Virus record (IMG/VR): IMGVR_UViG_3300031539_000125
Coordinates: 1-39,215 of that record
Length of the DNA stretch: 39,215 nt
Direction: 5' to 3' (one strand)
Source of the DNA: a virus
Taxonomy: Duplodnaviria; Caudoviricetes
The number at the start of each line of letters is the position of its first letter. Within the stretch, counting starts at the first letter, position 1. A model generated the notes under the pieces. The model was given only the letters and a program-made list of their open reading frames with translations, ran no database searches and was not told the DNA's origin. The position numbers and the translations under genes are program-made. Positions 28,899 to 37,035 of this stretch are shown piece by piece.

Positions 28899-28899
28899 T

Positions 28900-28995
28900 T
28901 GTCAAAGAACATTGCGGGGAGTGTCTCAACTTCCTCCCTCTTTATCAGGGCTGTCAGCCGTTACTCACTCAGCTCCCCGCATATCAAAGAACATT
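28900..28995 (-). promoter_or_regulatory. Two boxA-like antitermination sites (AATGTTCTTTGA at 28902-28913 and 28984-28995)
   Basis: Exact 12-bp repeat resembling rrn/nut boxA (GYTCTTTRANA), in the sense of the leftward operon. Confidence 0.6.
28914..28980 (-). ncRNA. 67-nt structured module between the two boxA-like sites
   Basis: Closing stem GCGGGGAG/CTCCCCGC; inner GGCT-GAC-AGCC and CCT-GATAAAG-AGG hairpins. Confidence 0.5.
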
Positions 28996-29065
28996 TTTAC
29001 TAAGTGCCCGTCTGCTGCCCTCTGACGGCCTCTTGAGGTCCGTACTAGCGAGGGTCTTGTGCTTC

Positions 29066-29254
29066 TTAGGCTGTACCGCTCTGAGTGACGTTGCGCTCAG
29101 AACAGTTGGAATCCATCTTCTCCACCAGTTCCTTGTAAAACCTAGCCAAAGAATCCCAGCAAGGTGGTAGTGTTCTCATAAATTCAACGAGCCATTTCAA
29201 TTGCTCGGCTTCTTCTTGGGTCTCAATGAATATGTAGGATGATCGAAATGTCAT
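29066..29254 (-). CDS. Hypothetical early protein
   Basis: MTFRSSY start after AAGGAGCCAGCC. Confidence 0.5.
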   Translation of the reverse strand: MTFRSSYIFIETQEEAEQLKWLVEFMRTLPPCWDSLARFYKELVEKMDSNCSERNVTQSGTA

Positions 29255-29267
29255 GGCTGGCTCCTTT

Positions 29268-29435
29268 TTAATCGCTCTCCTGTGGTTCATACTGAAAGCA
29301 TCCCTCCTCATTGTGACATCCCACGCAGGGTTGCTCTATGCCAGCCCAAAGAATTTGCTGAAGCAGATCGGGCGTGAGCATGCAACCCACTCGGATTTTG
29401 CCTTGGGCTTGTAATATGGCTCTCGGGGTGTTCAT
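29268..29435 (-). CDS. Small Cys-containing protein (55 aa, not in ORF track)
   Basis: MNTPRAILQAQGKIRVGC...CVGCHNEEGC; SD AAGGAG. Confidence 0.5.
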   Translation of the reverse strand: MNTPRAILQAQGKIRVGCMLTPDLLQQILWAGIEQPCVGCHNEEGCFQYEPQESD

Positions 29436-29451
29436 GTGAGGCTCCTTGGTT

Positions 29452-29622
29452 TCAATCTGGAATATAATCAGTTACCGGAACCGAATAAACGCCCTCAGTC
29501 AACTGGGCACGGCCAGGCTCAATAATCGCGGTCACATGAGGGTGACAGTTTTTATTCAGCCATTCGATCAAGGGTCGTGCGGCTGTTTCAAAATATTTCT
29601 GCTGCTCGTCGGTTAAAATCAT
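29452..29622 (-). CDS. Small conserved phage protein (56 aa, not in ORF track)
   Basis: MILTDEQQKYFETAARPLIEWLNKNCHPHVTAIIEPGRAQLTEG...; SD AAGGAG. Confidence 0.65.
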   Translation of the reverse strand: MILTDEQQKYFETAARPLIEWLNKNCHPHVTAIIEPGRAQLTEGVYSVPVTDYIPD

Positions 29623-29669
29623 GATGTTCTCCTTTTCATGGATTTTAGGTTTGTGGTCATAGCGGCTCC

Positions 29670-30005
29670 TTATTGCCTATCGTTGTGAATAGCTAACCCT
29701 GCATTAATCGCAGTCTTAACCCCCAGAAGTGGCTTTCTGAGCCACGGAATATAATGGGAAATGATAACAGCCAAAGTCTGTGAACCAACCATACAGCCGG
29801 CGAGGTGAGCTCTTGAGTGATGCTTGCCCAAAATAAGATTCCGTGCAGATCCCCCTCTATCCATGATGCGCTCGGACGTATAATAATCAGCGGCCGCCGC
29901 CAGCGTTGAAGCCACAAGCAATGTCTTCTCTGTTGTCGTCCACGGCCTGGGGCTGTGCGCGCAGGCGGTTAAAGTGAGAATTAAGATGAAAAGGGTTAGT
30001 TTCAT
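29670..30005 (-). CDS. Membrane lipoprotein, first gene of the leftward operon
   Basis: MKLTLFILILTLTA-C lipobox plus further hydrophobic helices; SD AAGGAG. Confidence 0.65.
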   Translation of the reverse strand: MKLTLFILILTLTACAHSPRPWTTTEKTLLVASTLAAAADYYTSERIMDRGGSARNLILGKHHSRAHLAGCMVGSQTLAVIISHYIPWLRKPLLGVKTAINAGLAIHNDRQ

Positions 30006-30035
30006 GGCTGGCTCCTTGATTTGGGTTTGGGGTAT

Positions 30036-30118
30036 ATTATAAATTCCTTCGTTGGAAAATGTCAAGGAAAATCTTTGGAAAAAAATATCTTGACTTTATT
30101 TCTTTCTGGGATTATCAT
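30036..30118. promoter_or_regulatory. Divergent sigma70 promoters (genetic switch region)
   Basis: Minus: TTGACA(30060-65)-N18-TATAAT(30036-41). Plus: TTGACT(30090-95)-N17-TATCAT(30113-18). Palindrome TTCC-N6-GGAA at 30044-30057. Confidence 0.7.
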
Positions 30119-30124
30119 TTTGCC

Positions 30125-30541
30125 ATGCTGACAGAACTGAGAAATGCAGAGGTTAAAGCCTTCCGCAAAAAGATTGATGTATTTATCGCCAAAAAGCTGA
30201 AATTTATGCTCGACGTAGAGAATTGGCAGGGGGTTGAACTCCACCGAAAATATGGCTTTCCATCTAACCGCCAGTCCGAGTTAATGAATCCCGAAAAATA
30301 TCTAGGTCCTATAGTCAGTGATGACTTACTGGCAATTTTATTAGGAGGTAATTTTGTGACAACGGAACAGATCAAGAAGGATGCGGGGTTAACAGAGAAG
30401 GAACTGGACTATTTCAATGAGAATTTCGGGTTTTATGGCAACAAGGAGCTGCGACAGGAGATTATCCGGCTTCTTAGGGCGGGGGAAGATCCGGAGAAGG
30501 TGTTGCGGAACTACCGCTTAGAGAAGGGCATCCCAGACTAA
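30125..30541 (+). CDS. Putative HTH regulator (repressor/Cro-like), leaderless
   Basis: KLKFML...WQGVELHRKYGFPSNRQSELMN fits Xre-HTH spacing; ATG 6 nt after the -10 box, no SD. Confidence 0.5.
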   Translation: MLTELRNAEVKAFRKKIDVFIAKKLKFMLDVENWQGVELHRKYGFPSNRQSELMNPEKYLGPIVSDDLLAILLGGNFVTTEQIKKDAGLTEKELDYFNENFGFYGNKELRQEIIRLLRAGEDPEKVLRNYRLEKGIPD

Positions 30542-30673
30542 AAATTTTTTACCCAAATTTTTCCAGCAATGGATACAGGCTAGGAAAGACAGTATATTTT
30601 CCCTTAAGTATAATAATTATAACCTTGTGTCAATACTCGAAAAATACCGATTTTATACGGATGAGAATAGGCA

Positions 30674-31765
30674 ATGAACATTAAACTCGATTCTGAATTT
30701 CAATCTTTAATCCCACCGATCACCCCAGAAGAAAAACTGCTATTAGAGCAAAGTATAATAGCTGAAGGATGCCGTGATGCCCTTGTAGTATGGCAAGAGA
30801 AAAATATTCTGCTAGACGGCCACAATCGCCTAGAAATTTGCAACCGCCGGGGGATTTCATTTCAAACCGCTGAAATTAGCTTGGCAGACAGGGAAGAGGC
30901 CGCCGATTGGATAGATAGAAACCAGCTAGGCCGTAGAAATCTTACGCCAGACCAGATGAGTATTCTGCGGGGGCGCAGATATAATCGGGCGAAACAGAAT
31001 CTCGGCGGACAGATCCCGGGATCAAGGGTAGATCAAAATGAGCCACCCATATCCACCGCTGACCGCCTCGCAAAAGAGCATGGCGTATCACCGGCCACGA
31101 TCAAACGGGATGGGAAAATTGCCATATTTCTTGAACAGTATCCAGACGAATCGCAAGCCATTATACAGGGCAAAAAAAGCCTTGCTGACGTCCGGCGTGA
31201 GATTAAGCGCAAGGAAATAATTGAAAAACTGGAAGATATAGATACAAAAAAAGTCAAAGCCATAGAAGGAATTTACGATGTTATTATTATTGATCCACCT
31301 TGGCCGACAGAAAAGATAGAACGTGATATAGCGCCAGATCAGGTTGGGTTTGATTATCCAACTATGACGACAGCTGAACTTGAGGCGTTTAATATCCCGG
31401 CAGCTGATAATTGTCATGTCTGGCTATGGACAACACATAAGTTCCTACCAATAGCATTTCGCTTATTGCAAGTATGGGGCTTGAAATATGTGTGTTGTTT
31501 CGTGTGGCATAAACCAGGCGGATTCCAACCCTTTGGATTACCACAATATAACTGTGAGTTTGCTTTATATGCCAGAAAAGGAACACCGCAATTTATTGAT
31601 GCTAAAGCTTTCCCGGTATGCTTCGAAGCATCCCGCACCGGACATTCTGAAAAGCCAGAATTATTTTATGATGTAATCCGGAGAGTTACCGCTGGTCGCC
31701 GGATAGATATTTTTAATAGGCGTTTAATTGAAGGATTTGATGGTTGGGGACTAGAAGCAATATAG
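30674..31765 (+). CDS. ParB-like N-terminal domain plus MT-A70 family N6-adenine methyltransferase
   Basis: LEQSI..EG...LLDGHNR...NQLGRRNL; IIDPPW, YPTM, LWTT, WHK, HSEKP, IDIFNR. Confidence 0.88.
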   Translation: MNIKLDSEFQSLIPPITPEEKLLLEQSIIAEGCRDALVVWQEKNILLDGHNRLEICNRRGISFQTAEISLADREEAADWIDRNQLGRRNLTPDQMSILRGRRYNRAKQNLGGQIPGSRVDQNEPPISTADRLAKEHGVSPATIKRDGKIAIFLEQYPDESQAIIQGKKSLADVRREIKRKEIIEKLEDIDTKKVKAIEGIYDVIIIDPPWPTEKIERDIAPDQVGFDYPTMTTAELEAFNIPAADNCHVWLWTTHKFLPIAFRLLQVWGLKYVCCFVWHKPGGFQPFGLPQYNCEFALYARKGTPQFIDAKAFPVCFEASRTGHSEKPELFYDVIRRVTAGRRIDIFNRRLIEGFDGWGLEAI

Positions 31766-32254
31766 ATGGAAAAATGGCAATACCAAAAACAATGGGCTGA
31801 TGGATTTTTACCAGAAATAAAACGCATTTTAGGCGAACATCTTATTAGCGAACCGCCGATAGAAGAAGATGCTGAACATAACACAGATTTAATGGTACTT
31901 CGGCTTGATGCTGTACGGATTGCGTGTCGAATCCGAAAATATGATTATTTAAAAATTTACGGGAATGAATTTACTATTAGAGCAGGATTACCAAGTGGAG
32001 CCAAAACGGAATTAACCAAAATCATAGAAGGCTGGGGGGATTATTTTTTCTATGCCTTCTGCGATGAGCAAGAAGAACACTTAGCGAAATGGTCTTTGTG
32101 CAATCTGAATGTCTTCAGGCTATGGTTCAACCGTCAAATAATCAAAAATAAAGAACTTCCTGGAGACAAAATTCCCAATCGCGATAATTCATCCTATTTC
32201 ATGGCTTTTACTTTTTCAGATTTACCAGAAGATTTTGTTATCGCAAACCTTTAG
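31766..32254 (+). CDS. Phage protein coupled to the methylase, possible PD-(D/E)XK-like nuclease fold
   Basis: ED...TDL...IACRIR, EFTIR, TELTKI..GWGDYFFYAF; starts immediately after the MTase stop. Confidence 0.5.
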   Translation: MEKWQYQKQWADGFLPEIKRILGEHLISEPPIEEDAEHNTDLMVLRLDAVRIACRIRKYDYLKIYGNEFTIRAGLPSGAKTELTKIIEGWGDYFFYAFCDEQEEHLAKWSLCNLNVFRLWFNRQIIKNKELPGDKIPNRDNSSYFMAFTFSDLPEDFVIANL

Positions 32255-32480
32255 GTGGCAATTGGCCCTAACCCCCAAGTGCATAAAATGTGGAAGGAAA
32301 CATGAGCCGGTAGCAAGCCGGTTTAATGATATCACCAGCACAATATGCGACGAGCCCTGCTTGACGGAGTGTATCCAGTGCATTCAAGCTCGGAATGACT
32401 TGTGGCCATGTTTCAGGACAGGCACCCGGACTTATTGTGACCAAGTAAAATGCAAGTATAGGGGGAGATGTTTAGTATGA
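32235..32480 (+). CDS. Cys-rich small protein
   Basis: CIKCG, IQ...PCF.T...CDQ..C.YR..C; start uncertain. Confidence 0.5.
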   Translation: MLSQTFRWQLALTPKCIKCGRKHEPVASRFNDITSTICDEPCLTECIQCIQARNDLWPCFRTGTRTYCDQVKCKYRGRCLV

Positions 32481-32842
32481 AGCTCCCTCCACCCAGGCCC
32501 TGCATCCACTGTCATAAAATGTTTCAACCAGGCTTTAGAGGCCAAGCGCAAAAATGGTGTCTTAAAACAGCAGAATGCCGAGAAGATCACCTGGAAGTCA
32601 AAAGGGAACGCACCCGACAGATCCGGATCCTCCGGAAAGAGAATGGCCCAGTATATAAGCTCTCGGATGGTCACGGGGAGAGGACAAAACAGGGGGGGCC
32701 CAACGGTTGGAATTGCGTGGAGTGCGGCAAGCCCCTGTCTGGTCCATATCGGTACCGGCATCCTGGGGCATGTCAGCAAAAAATGTTTGCTCGGGAGCAA
32801 CGGACTGAGGGAGATTGGCTTTATGCGGAGGCGGGGGAGTGA
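32468..32842 (+). CDS. Zinc-finger protein
   Basis: CIHC..C....C and CVECG...H...C. Confidence 0.55.
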   Translation: MFSMKLPPPRPCIHCHKMFQPGFRGQAQKWCLKTAECREDHLEVKRERTRQIRILRKENGPVYKLSDGHGERTKQGGPNGWNCVECGKPLSGPYRYRHPGACQQKMFAREQRTEGDWLYAEAGE

Positions 32843-32859
32843 GGCCATATTACCAAACT

Positions 32860-33138
32860 ATGAATCTATTAAACCTTAAAGAGAATTTTAAGAAATATAA
32901 AGTACCTGCCAAGTCGCTCGAAGATTTTCTAAATCGTTATTATAAACACGAGAGGTTCAGGGGTCGAGGAGATGAGTACGCAAGGAAACTAATTGAATCC
33001 CATCGATCTGATTTTGAACAAGATGGATATGACATTATCAGTCATCATGACAGCGTAACTGGTAGAATTGTAGCCTATTATGGGTCATCTATTAGACAGA
33101 AGGCATCAAAGCAAGAACAGGAGAGGTTGTTTAATTGA
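32860..33138 (+). CDS. Hypothetical protein
   Basis: Protein-like composition in operon orientation. Confidence 0.5.
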   Translation: MNLLNLKENFKKYKVPAKSLEDFLNRYYKHERFRGRGDEYARKLIESHRSDFEQDGYDIISHHDSVTGRIVAYYGSSIRQKASKQEQERLFN

Positions 33139-33205
33139 CAGATTATTCCACATACCAGCAGGAGCAGGAAGACAGGATGAGGGCCTTGCTGGGAGATAGA
33201 GGAAT

Positions 33206-33667
33206 ATGATGAGAATATATCTCGCATCAAGTTGGAAAATGGCTGAATGGGTAAGCACCTGGAAAAGTACTCTTGAACAAGCGGGGCATGAAGTAGATGC
33301 GTTTTGTGATGATTCATCTGGGCGATTTGTATTTCATTTTTCGGAAATAGGTGATCCAGCAGAACTTGATGCTATTAACTTCTTACTAGATCCTCGAAGC
33401 CAAAAAGCGTTTCAGGAAGACAAAAAATGGCTTGATTGGGCCGATGTGTGTTTGCTTATTTTGTCTGCTGGGAAATCGGCACACCTTGAAGCCGGTTATG
33501 CAAAAGGCCAAGGAAAGCTACTTATTATCTGGCAAAACGAATATCCCAAGGGCGAATTTGATGTGATGTATGGATTTGCGGATTTAATCACAGAGAGCCA
33601 TACAGCCGTAATGGAATTTTTGGCTGATAAAGAGAAAGGAATTGTTCGAGTCAATACCGTCAGCTAA
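33206..33667 (+). CDS. Nucleoside 2-deoxyribosyltransferase/hydrolase-like protein
   Basis: RIYLASSW, D...LDWADV, GKSAHLEAGYA.GQGK (catalytic Glu); the last codons are supplied by the tnpB element. Confidence 0.75.
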   Translation: MMRIYLASSWKMAEWVSTWKSTLEQAGHEVDAFCDDSSGRFVFHFSEIGDPAELDAINFLLDPRSQKAFQEDKKWLDWADVCLLILSAGKSAHLEAGYAKGQGKLLIIWQNEYPKGEFDVMYGFADLITESHTAVMEFLADKEKGIVRVNTVS

Positions 33668-34810
33668 AATAGACGGCTTGCAGTTCCAAGAGAAGGAGAA
33701 TTTGGAGAATGAGAGCGGACTGCGATAGGCAAATTGACTATTGCCCTTGTAGCGATGTTAATTGCGCCGTTAATATCGGCATGAATTTGGAAACCACATT
33801 TTTTGCAAAGAAAAACGGCTTGTATCTTTCGGTTGGATTTTGAGACATGATTGCATTGACTACATTCTTTACTTGTATTCCGGGGATCAACCCTGAAAAC
33901 AGGTATGCCCGATTTTTTTGCTTTGTAGACGATGAACTGCCCCAGTTCGTCGAAAGCCCACTTTCCAAATCTTTCCTTTTGCGCTCGATTGACCGTTACC
34001 TTAAAGCCCTTGAGATCTTCCAGCCCAATAGCTCTATTTGTGCCCGCGGCAATAGAAACGATTTGTTTGGAAATGACGTGATTGGTGTTTTTCTTGAATC
34101 TTGTTTCGTGTCCGGAAAATTTCTTCAGGTGGCGCTTGGCAGACTTGCTTCCTTTCGCCTGAAGGGTCTTTTTGATCTTGTTCATTTTTATTCTGACAGC
34201 ATCACACCCTTTGCCGGAAAAAAAATCCCCATCGGACGTGGTGGCGATGTTTTCAATACCAAGATCGACACCAAGAACGCCCCGAGATTTAATCAATTCC
34301 GGTTCGTCAATGTCACACACACAGGCGAGATAAAACTTACCCCTGACCAGCAGGAGGTCCGATTCTCCCTTGCGAAAAGGGAAGAACTTCCGTTGATACT
34401 CGCCCATGACAAAGGGGATTTTAAGACGCCCCTCTGTTGTGCTGATAGAGACAATGTCGTCCTTTTTGGAAAATCTCAAAATGTGGTGATTGTAAGGGTG
34501 TGCCGAATATTTTCTGAATACCCTCTGCGTTTTTTTGTCCAGCTTATACGCATCGGACACCTTTGCAATGCAGCGTATTACCATGTCAGAGACAATGCCA
34601 AACTTGTTTTTAGTATTGCGATAGGCAAGTTTCTGAAGGTCATATTGCCGCAAGACCCCGGCATTCCAACCAACTTCCGACAGATAGTTACAGGCTGCAT
34701 TGGTTCGCTCAAGTGTTTCTCTGAGGATGCTATGCTGTGGTGCATCCGGAAGAAGCTTTATGTTCACCACGATCTTCATAATTCCAAGTATAGGCATTAT
34801 ATTTTCGTTT
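33650..34810 (-). mobile_element. Non-autonomous tnpB-only (IS1341-like) element inserted at TTGAC
   Basis: Right end CAAG-CCGTCTATTTTAGCTGACGG-TA-TTGAC; GTCAA at both 33650-54 and 34811-15; removing it restores the NDT gene end as IVRVND*. Confidence 0.8.
33664..34779 (-). CDS. tnpB: RNA-guided endonuclease TnpB
   Basis: RuvC GVDLG, LEDL, HADINGAINI; CSQC..CKKC; start MKIVVNIKL. Confidence 0.93.
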   Translation of the reverse strand: MKIVVNIKLLPDAPQHSILRETLERTNAACNYLSEVGWNAGVLRQYDLQKLAYRNTKNKFGIVSDMVIRCIAKVSDAYKLDKKTQRVFRKYSAHPYNHHILRFSKKDDIVSISTTEGRLKIPFVMGEYQRKFFPFRKGESDLLLVRGKFYLACVCDIDEPELIKSRGVLGVDLGIENIATTSDGDFFSGKGCDAVRIKMNKIKKTLQAKGSKSAKRHLKKFSGHETRFKKNTNHVISKQIVSIAAGTNRAIGLEDLKGFKVTVNRAQKERFGKWAFDELGQFIVYKAKKSGIPVFRVDPRNTSKECSQCNHVSKSNRKIQAVFLCKKCGFQIHADINGAINIATRAIVNLPIAVRSHSPNSPSLGTASRLF

Positions 34811-34815
34811 GTCAA
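34787..34815 (-). promoter_or_regulatory. Sigma70 promoter for a leaderless tnpB transcript
   Basis: TTGACA-N17-TATACT, 7 nt before the ATG. Confidence 0.7.
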
Positions 34816-34855
34816 CGATTAAAAGAAGAGTGGTTGGAGGAGCAAGAACGATATT

Positions 34856-35035
34856 ATGAAAATTTTATTAGTTGATTTTTGCGATAACTGTTTTTGGGTG
34901 GCAAGTTCGGTTGGATGTTCATGGTGTGGTCACCCCGATGCACCAAAGAAAAGGACTTTAAGGAATTGGAGGAATATCCCTACATGGTGCCCCTTACCCG
35001 ATGCACCAAAGGAGGAAGATGCAAAACCTGAATGA
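34856..35035 (+). CDS. Small Cys-rich protein (59 aa, not in ORF track)
   Basis: CDNC..C..C...IPTWCPL; in-frame 15-bp repeat CCCGATGCACCAAAG at 34934 and 34997. Confidence 0.55.
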   Translation: MKILLVDFCDNCFWVASSVGCSWCGHPDAPKKRTLRNWRNIPTWCPLPDAPKEEDAKPE

Positions 35036-35222
35036 GCTGAAGAAGGCTGCCGGTGTCCTGGGGATGCCGGTTGAAGACTTCATCAAGCGCAAGATAGCCC
35101 TCAAGCATCAGGCCAAGAAACTGCTGGCCGTAGATATAGTTAGGTTGCAGGTGGAGATAGAGGAGCTGATGGGGATGCTGCCGCTAAGCCAGAACAATTG
35201 TATTTCAGCAGTGGGTAAGTAA
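35019..35222 (+). CDS. Hypothetical protein
   Basis: MQNLNELKK, SD GGAGG. Confidence 0.5.
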   Translation: MQNLNELKKAAGVLGMPVEDFIKRKIALKHQAKKLLAVDIVRLQVEIEELMGMLPLSQNNCISAVGK

Positions 35223-35371
35223 GAAAGGGATTTGTGAAAAACTCACTTTTTCACTCTTACTATCTTTCTCTTATTTTTACTCTTAGTTTAACTCTTTCAC
35301 TATTATCTTACGCGTGTCCGCACCTGCGCGCGCGCGTTACTATAAGAGAATGTTCAAAATTTGAACGCAAG

Positions 35372-35541
35372 TGTCGCCAACTGTCGTCAAAGTGTCGTCT
35401 CGAATCGTCATTGTCGTCATTGTCGTCATAGTATCGGTTAATAATGGTAAATATCTTAGCTACAACTAATAACTTCTTAATCAAGCATGAAAAGAGAACC
35501 AAAGTGTCGTCAAAATCGTCATTGTCGTCATTGTCGTCATA
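35372..35541. repeat. Iteron-like array, probable replication origin
   Basis: About ten TGTCGTCA-type copies in two clusters (35372-35428, 35505-35539) around an AT-rich spacer, directly upstream of the helicase. Confidence 0.75.
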
Positions 35542-35551
35542 ATTAAGGTTA

Positions 35552-36835
35552 ATGAAACCATACAATCTTGAATCAGAGCAAATAATACTAGGTAGCATCT
35601 TCCATGATGCGAGCTGTTTGAAGCAGCTAAAGCTAGATTTACAGCCAGATGATTTAGGATTAGAAAAGCATCGCTACCTACTAGAGGTAATTTATGACTT
35701 AGCTGATTCAGGTATCACCCCTGAGTTATCGGTTGTCTATGAAGCCATTAAAAAGAATGGCAACCTTGTCTTACTCGACAAGGATTATTTGATGCAGCTC
35801 ACTGATAGTAGCTGCGGGATAGCCGCACTTGATTTCCATGTCCAGGCAATAAAGGAACACAATAGCCTTTTTAGGTTGAGTGAACTTTCAGACCTTATTA
35901 AAAAGCGGATAAGCGCAAAAGCCAGCCCAGATGAGATCACTTCTGAAGCACAAGACGTTCTACAGTCTTTACGTTTGCCAGCTAAGAAAACAGATAACAT
36001 CACAAGTGATGTCAGTTTGTTTATAGATACGACAACAGGCATTTTCTACTCTACCGATATCATAACCGCCTTAAATATTCGAGATCGAAAAGCTAAGAAA
36101 AACGCTTCGAAGGTACTTTCAAGATTGTGTGATGAAGGAATTATAGAGCGGTATGGCAGTCGAAACGGATGTTTCCGTAAGATTGAAAAGGAAAGTGAAA
36201 TCATCGACTGGAAGACTTTCGAGGGCCAGGATCTCGATTTCCGGTTTCCTCTTGGCATACATCGATGGATTAAAATCTATCCCAAGAGTCTTTTTGTTTT
36301 CGCCGGTGCCCCAGATAGTGGCAAGAGCGCTTTTGCCTTCAACCTGATTTTCCTAAACCAAGGGCGATTCAAGACCCATTACTTCACGTCAGAGATGGGA
36401 CCCCAGGAACTCAAGAGTCGGCTTGAGAAATTCGATGAAATAGGCATAGACGATTGGAAGTTTATAGCTAAAGAACGAGCTACTGATTTTGCCGATGTAA
36501 TCCAACCTGACGATCTCAATATTATAGACTTCCTAGAAATCACAGATAACTTTTACCTGATAGCCCGTCAATTAGCTGAAATCTACGCAAAGCTCAAGAC
36601 CGGCATAGCGGTTGTCTTTATTCAAAAAGCTCCAGGCGCTTCCCTTGGTCGCGGAGCATCTTTCAGCCTCGAAAAACCTCGGCTTTACTGTACTCTCGAT
36701 AAGCATACCCTCAAGATTATTAAAGCTAAGAACTGGCGAGACTCGGACAAGAACCCTAATAATCAGATTGTCAAGTATAAGATCGTGGCTGGCTGTAAGA
36801 TATTTCAAGATACGGACTGGAGCTTGGATATATGA
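35552..36835 (+). CDS. Replicative helicase-like protein: DnaB N-terminal domain, HTH-like linker, RecA-fold ATPase
   Basis: PYNLESEQIILGSI (DnaB-N), Walker A GAPDSGKS, TSEM, Walker B IIDFL. Confidence 0.8.
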   Translation: MKPYNLESEQIILGSIFHDASCLKQLKLDLQPDDLGLEKHRYLLEVIYDLADSGITPELSVVYEAIKKNGNLVLLDKDYLMQLTDSSCGIAALDFHVQAIKEHNSLFRLSELSDLIKKRISAKASPDEITSEAQDVLQSLRLPAKKTDNITSDVSLFIDTTTGIFYSTDIITALNIRDRKAKKNASKVLSRLCDEGIIERYGSRNGCFRKIEKESEIIDWKTFEGQDLDFRFPLGIHRWIKIYPKSLFVFAGAPDSGKSAFAFNLIFLNQGRFKTHYFTSEMGPQELKSRLEKFDEIGIDDWKFIAKERATDFADVIQPDDLNIIDFLEITDNFYLIARQLAEIYAKLKTGIAVVFIQKAPGASLGRGASFSLEKPRLYCTLDKHTLKIIKAKNWRDSDKNPNNQIVKYKIVAGCKIFQDTDWSLDI

Positions 36836-37035
36836 AAATTAGACTTATGTACGACGAGATGAATCAGGCGCTAGCGACACCAAAGGCACTGCCTTTCGTC
36901 TTTGGCCGGAAACGGGTGTGGTTGCCAATAAGCCAAATCGAGCTTGATGAGATGTACGCCAACTCGGTGCTGGTGGAGGACTGGTTGGTTAAAAGTAAAG
37001 GACTGGAAACTTATAGGTGGGGAAAGGAGCTATGA
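36832..37035 (+). CDS. Hypothetical phage protein
   Basis: TPKAL...VWLPISQI...VEDWL...KGL motif; ATGA coupled. Confidence 0.6.
   Translation: MKIRLMYDEMNQALATPKALPFVFGRKRVWLPISQIELDEMYANSVLVEDWLVKSKGLETYRWGKEL

Noticed and set aside
28740-28980. Group I intron, twister (TCCCAAGCCC) or hammerhead (CTGAGTGA) cores
   Set aside because: The insert is too short, I found no P7-type core, and the remaining conserved elements of each ribozyme were not found by eye; cmscan would settle it.
28832-29170. 112-aa plus-strand ORF
   Set aside because: Opposite to the operon direction, no SD, and it overlaps the structured RNA modules.
29328-29388. GGGTTGC/GCAACCC stem as another ncRNA
   Set aside because: It lies within a plausible 55-aa ORF with a good SD, and strand support is inconsistent.
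33847-34875. 342-aa plus-strand ORF
   Set aside because: Antisense shadow of the solo tnpB.
35308-35598. ORF with DDNDDND repeats
   Set aside because: Translation of the origin iterons on the non-operon strand.
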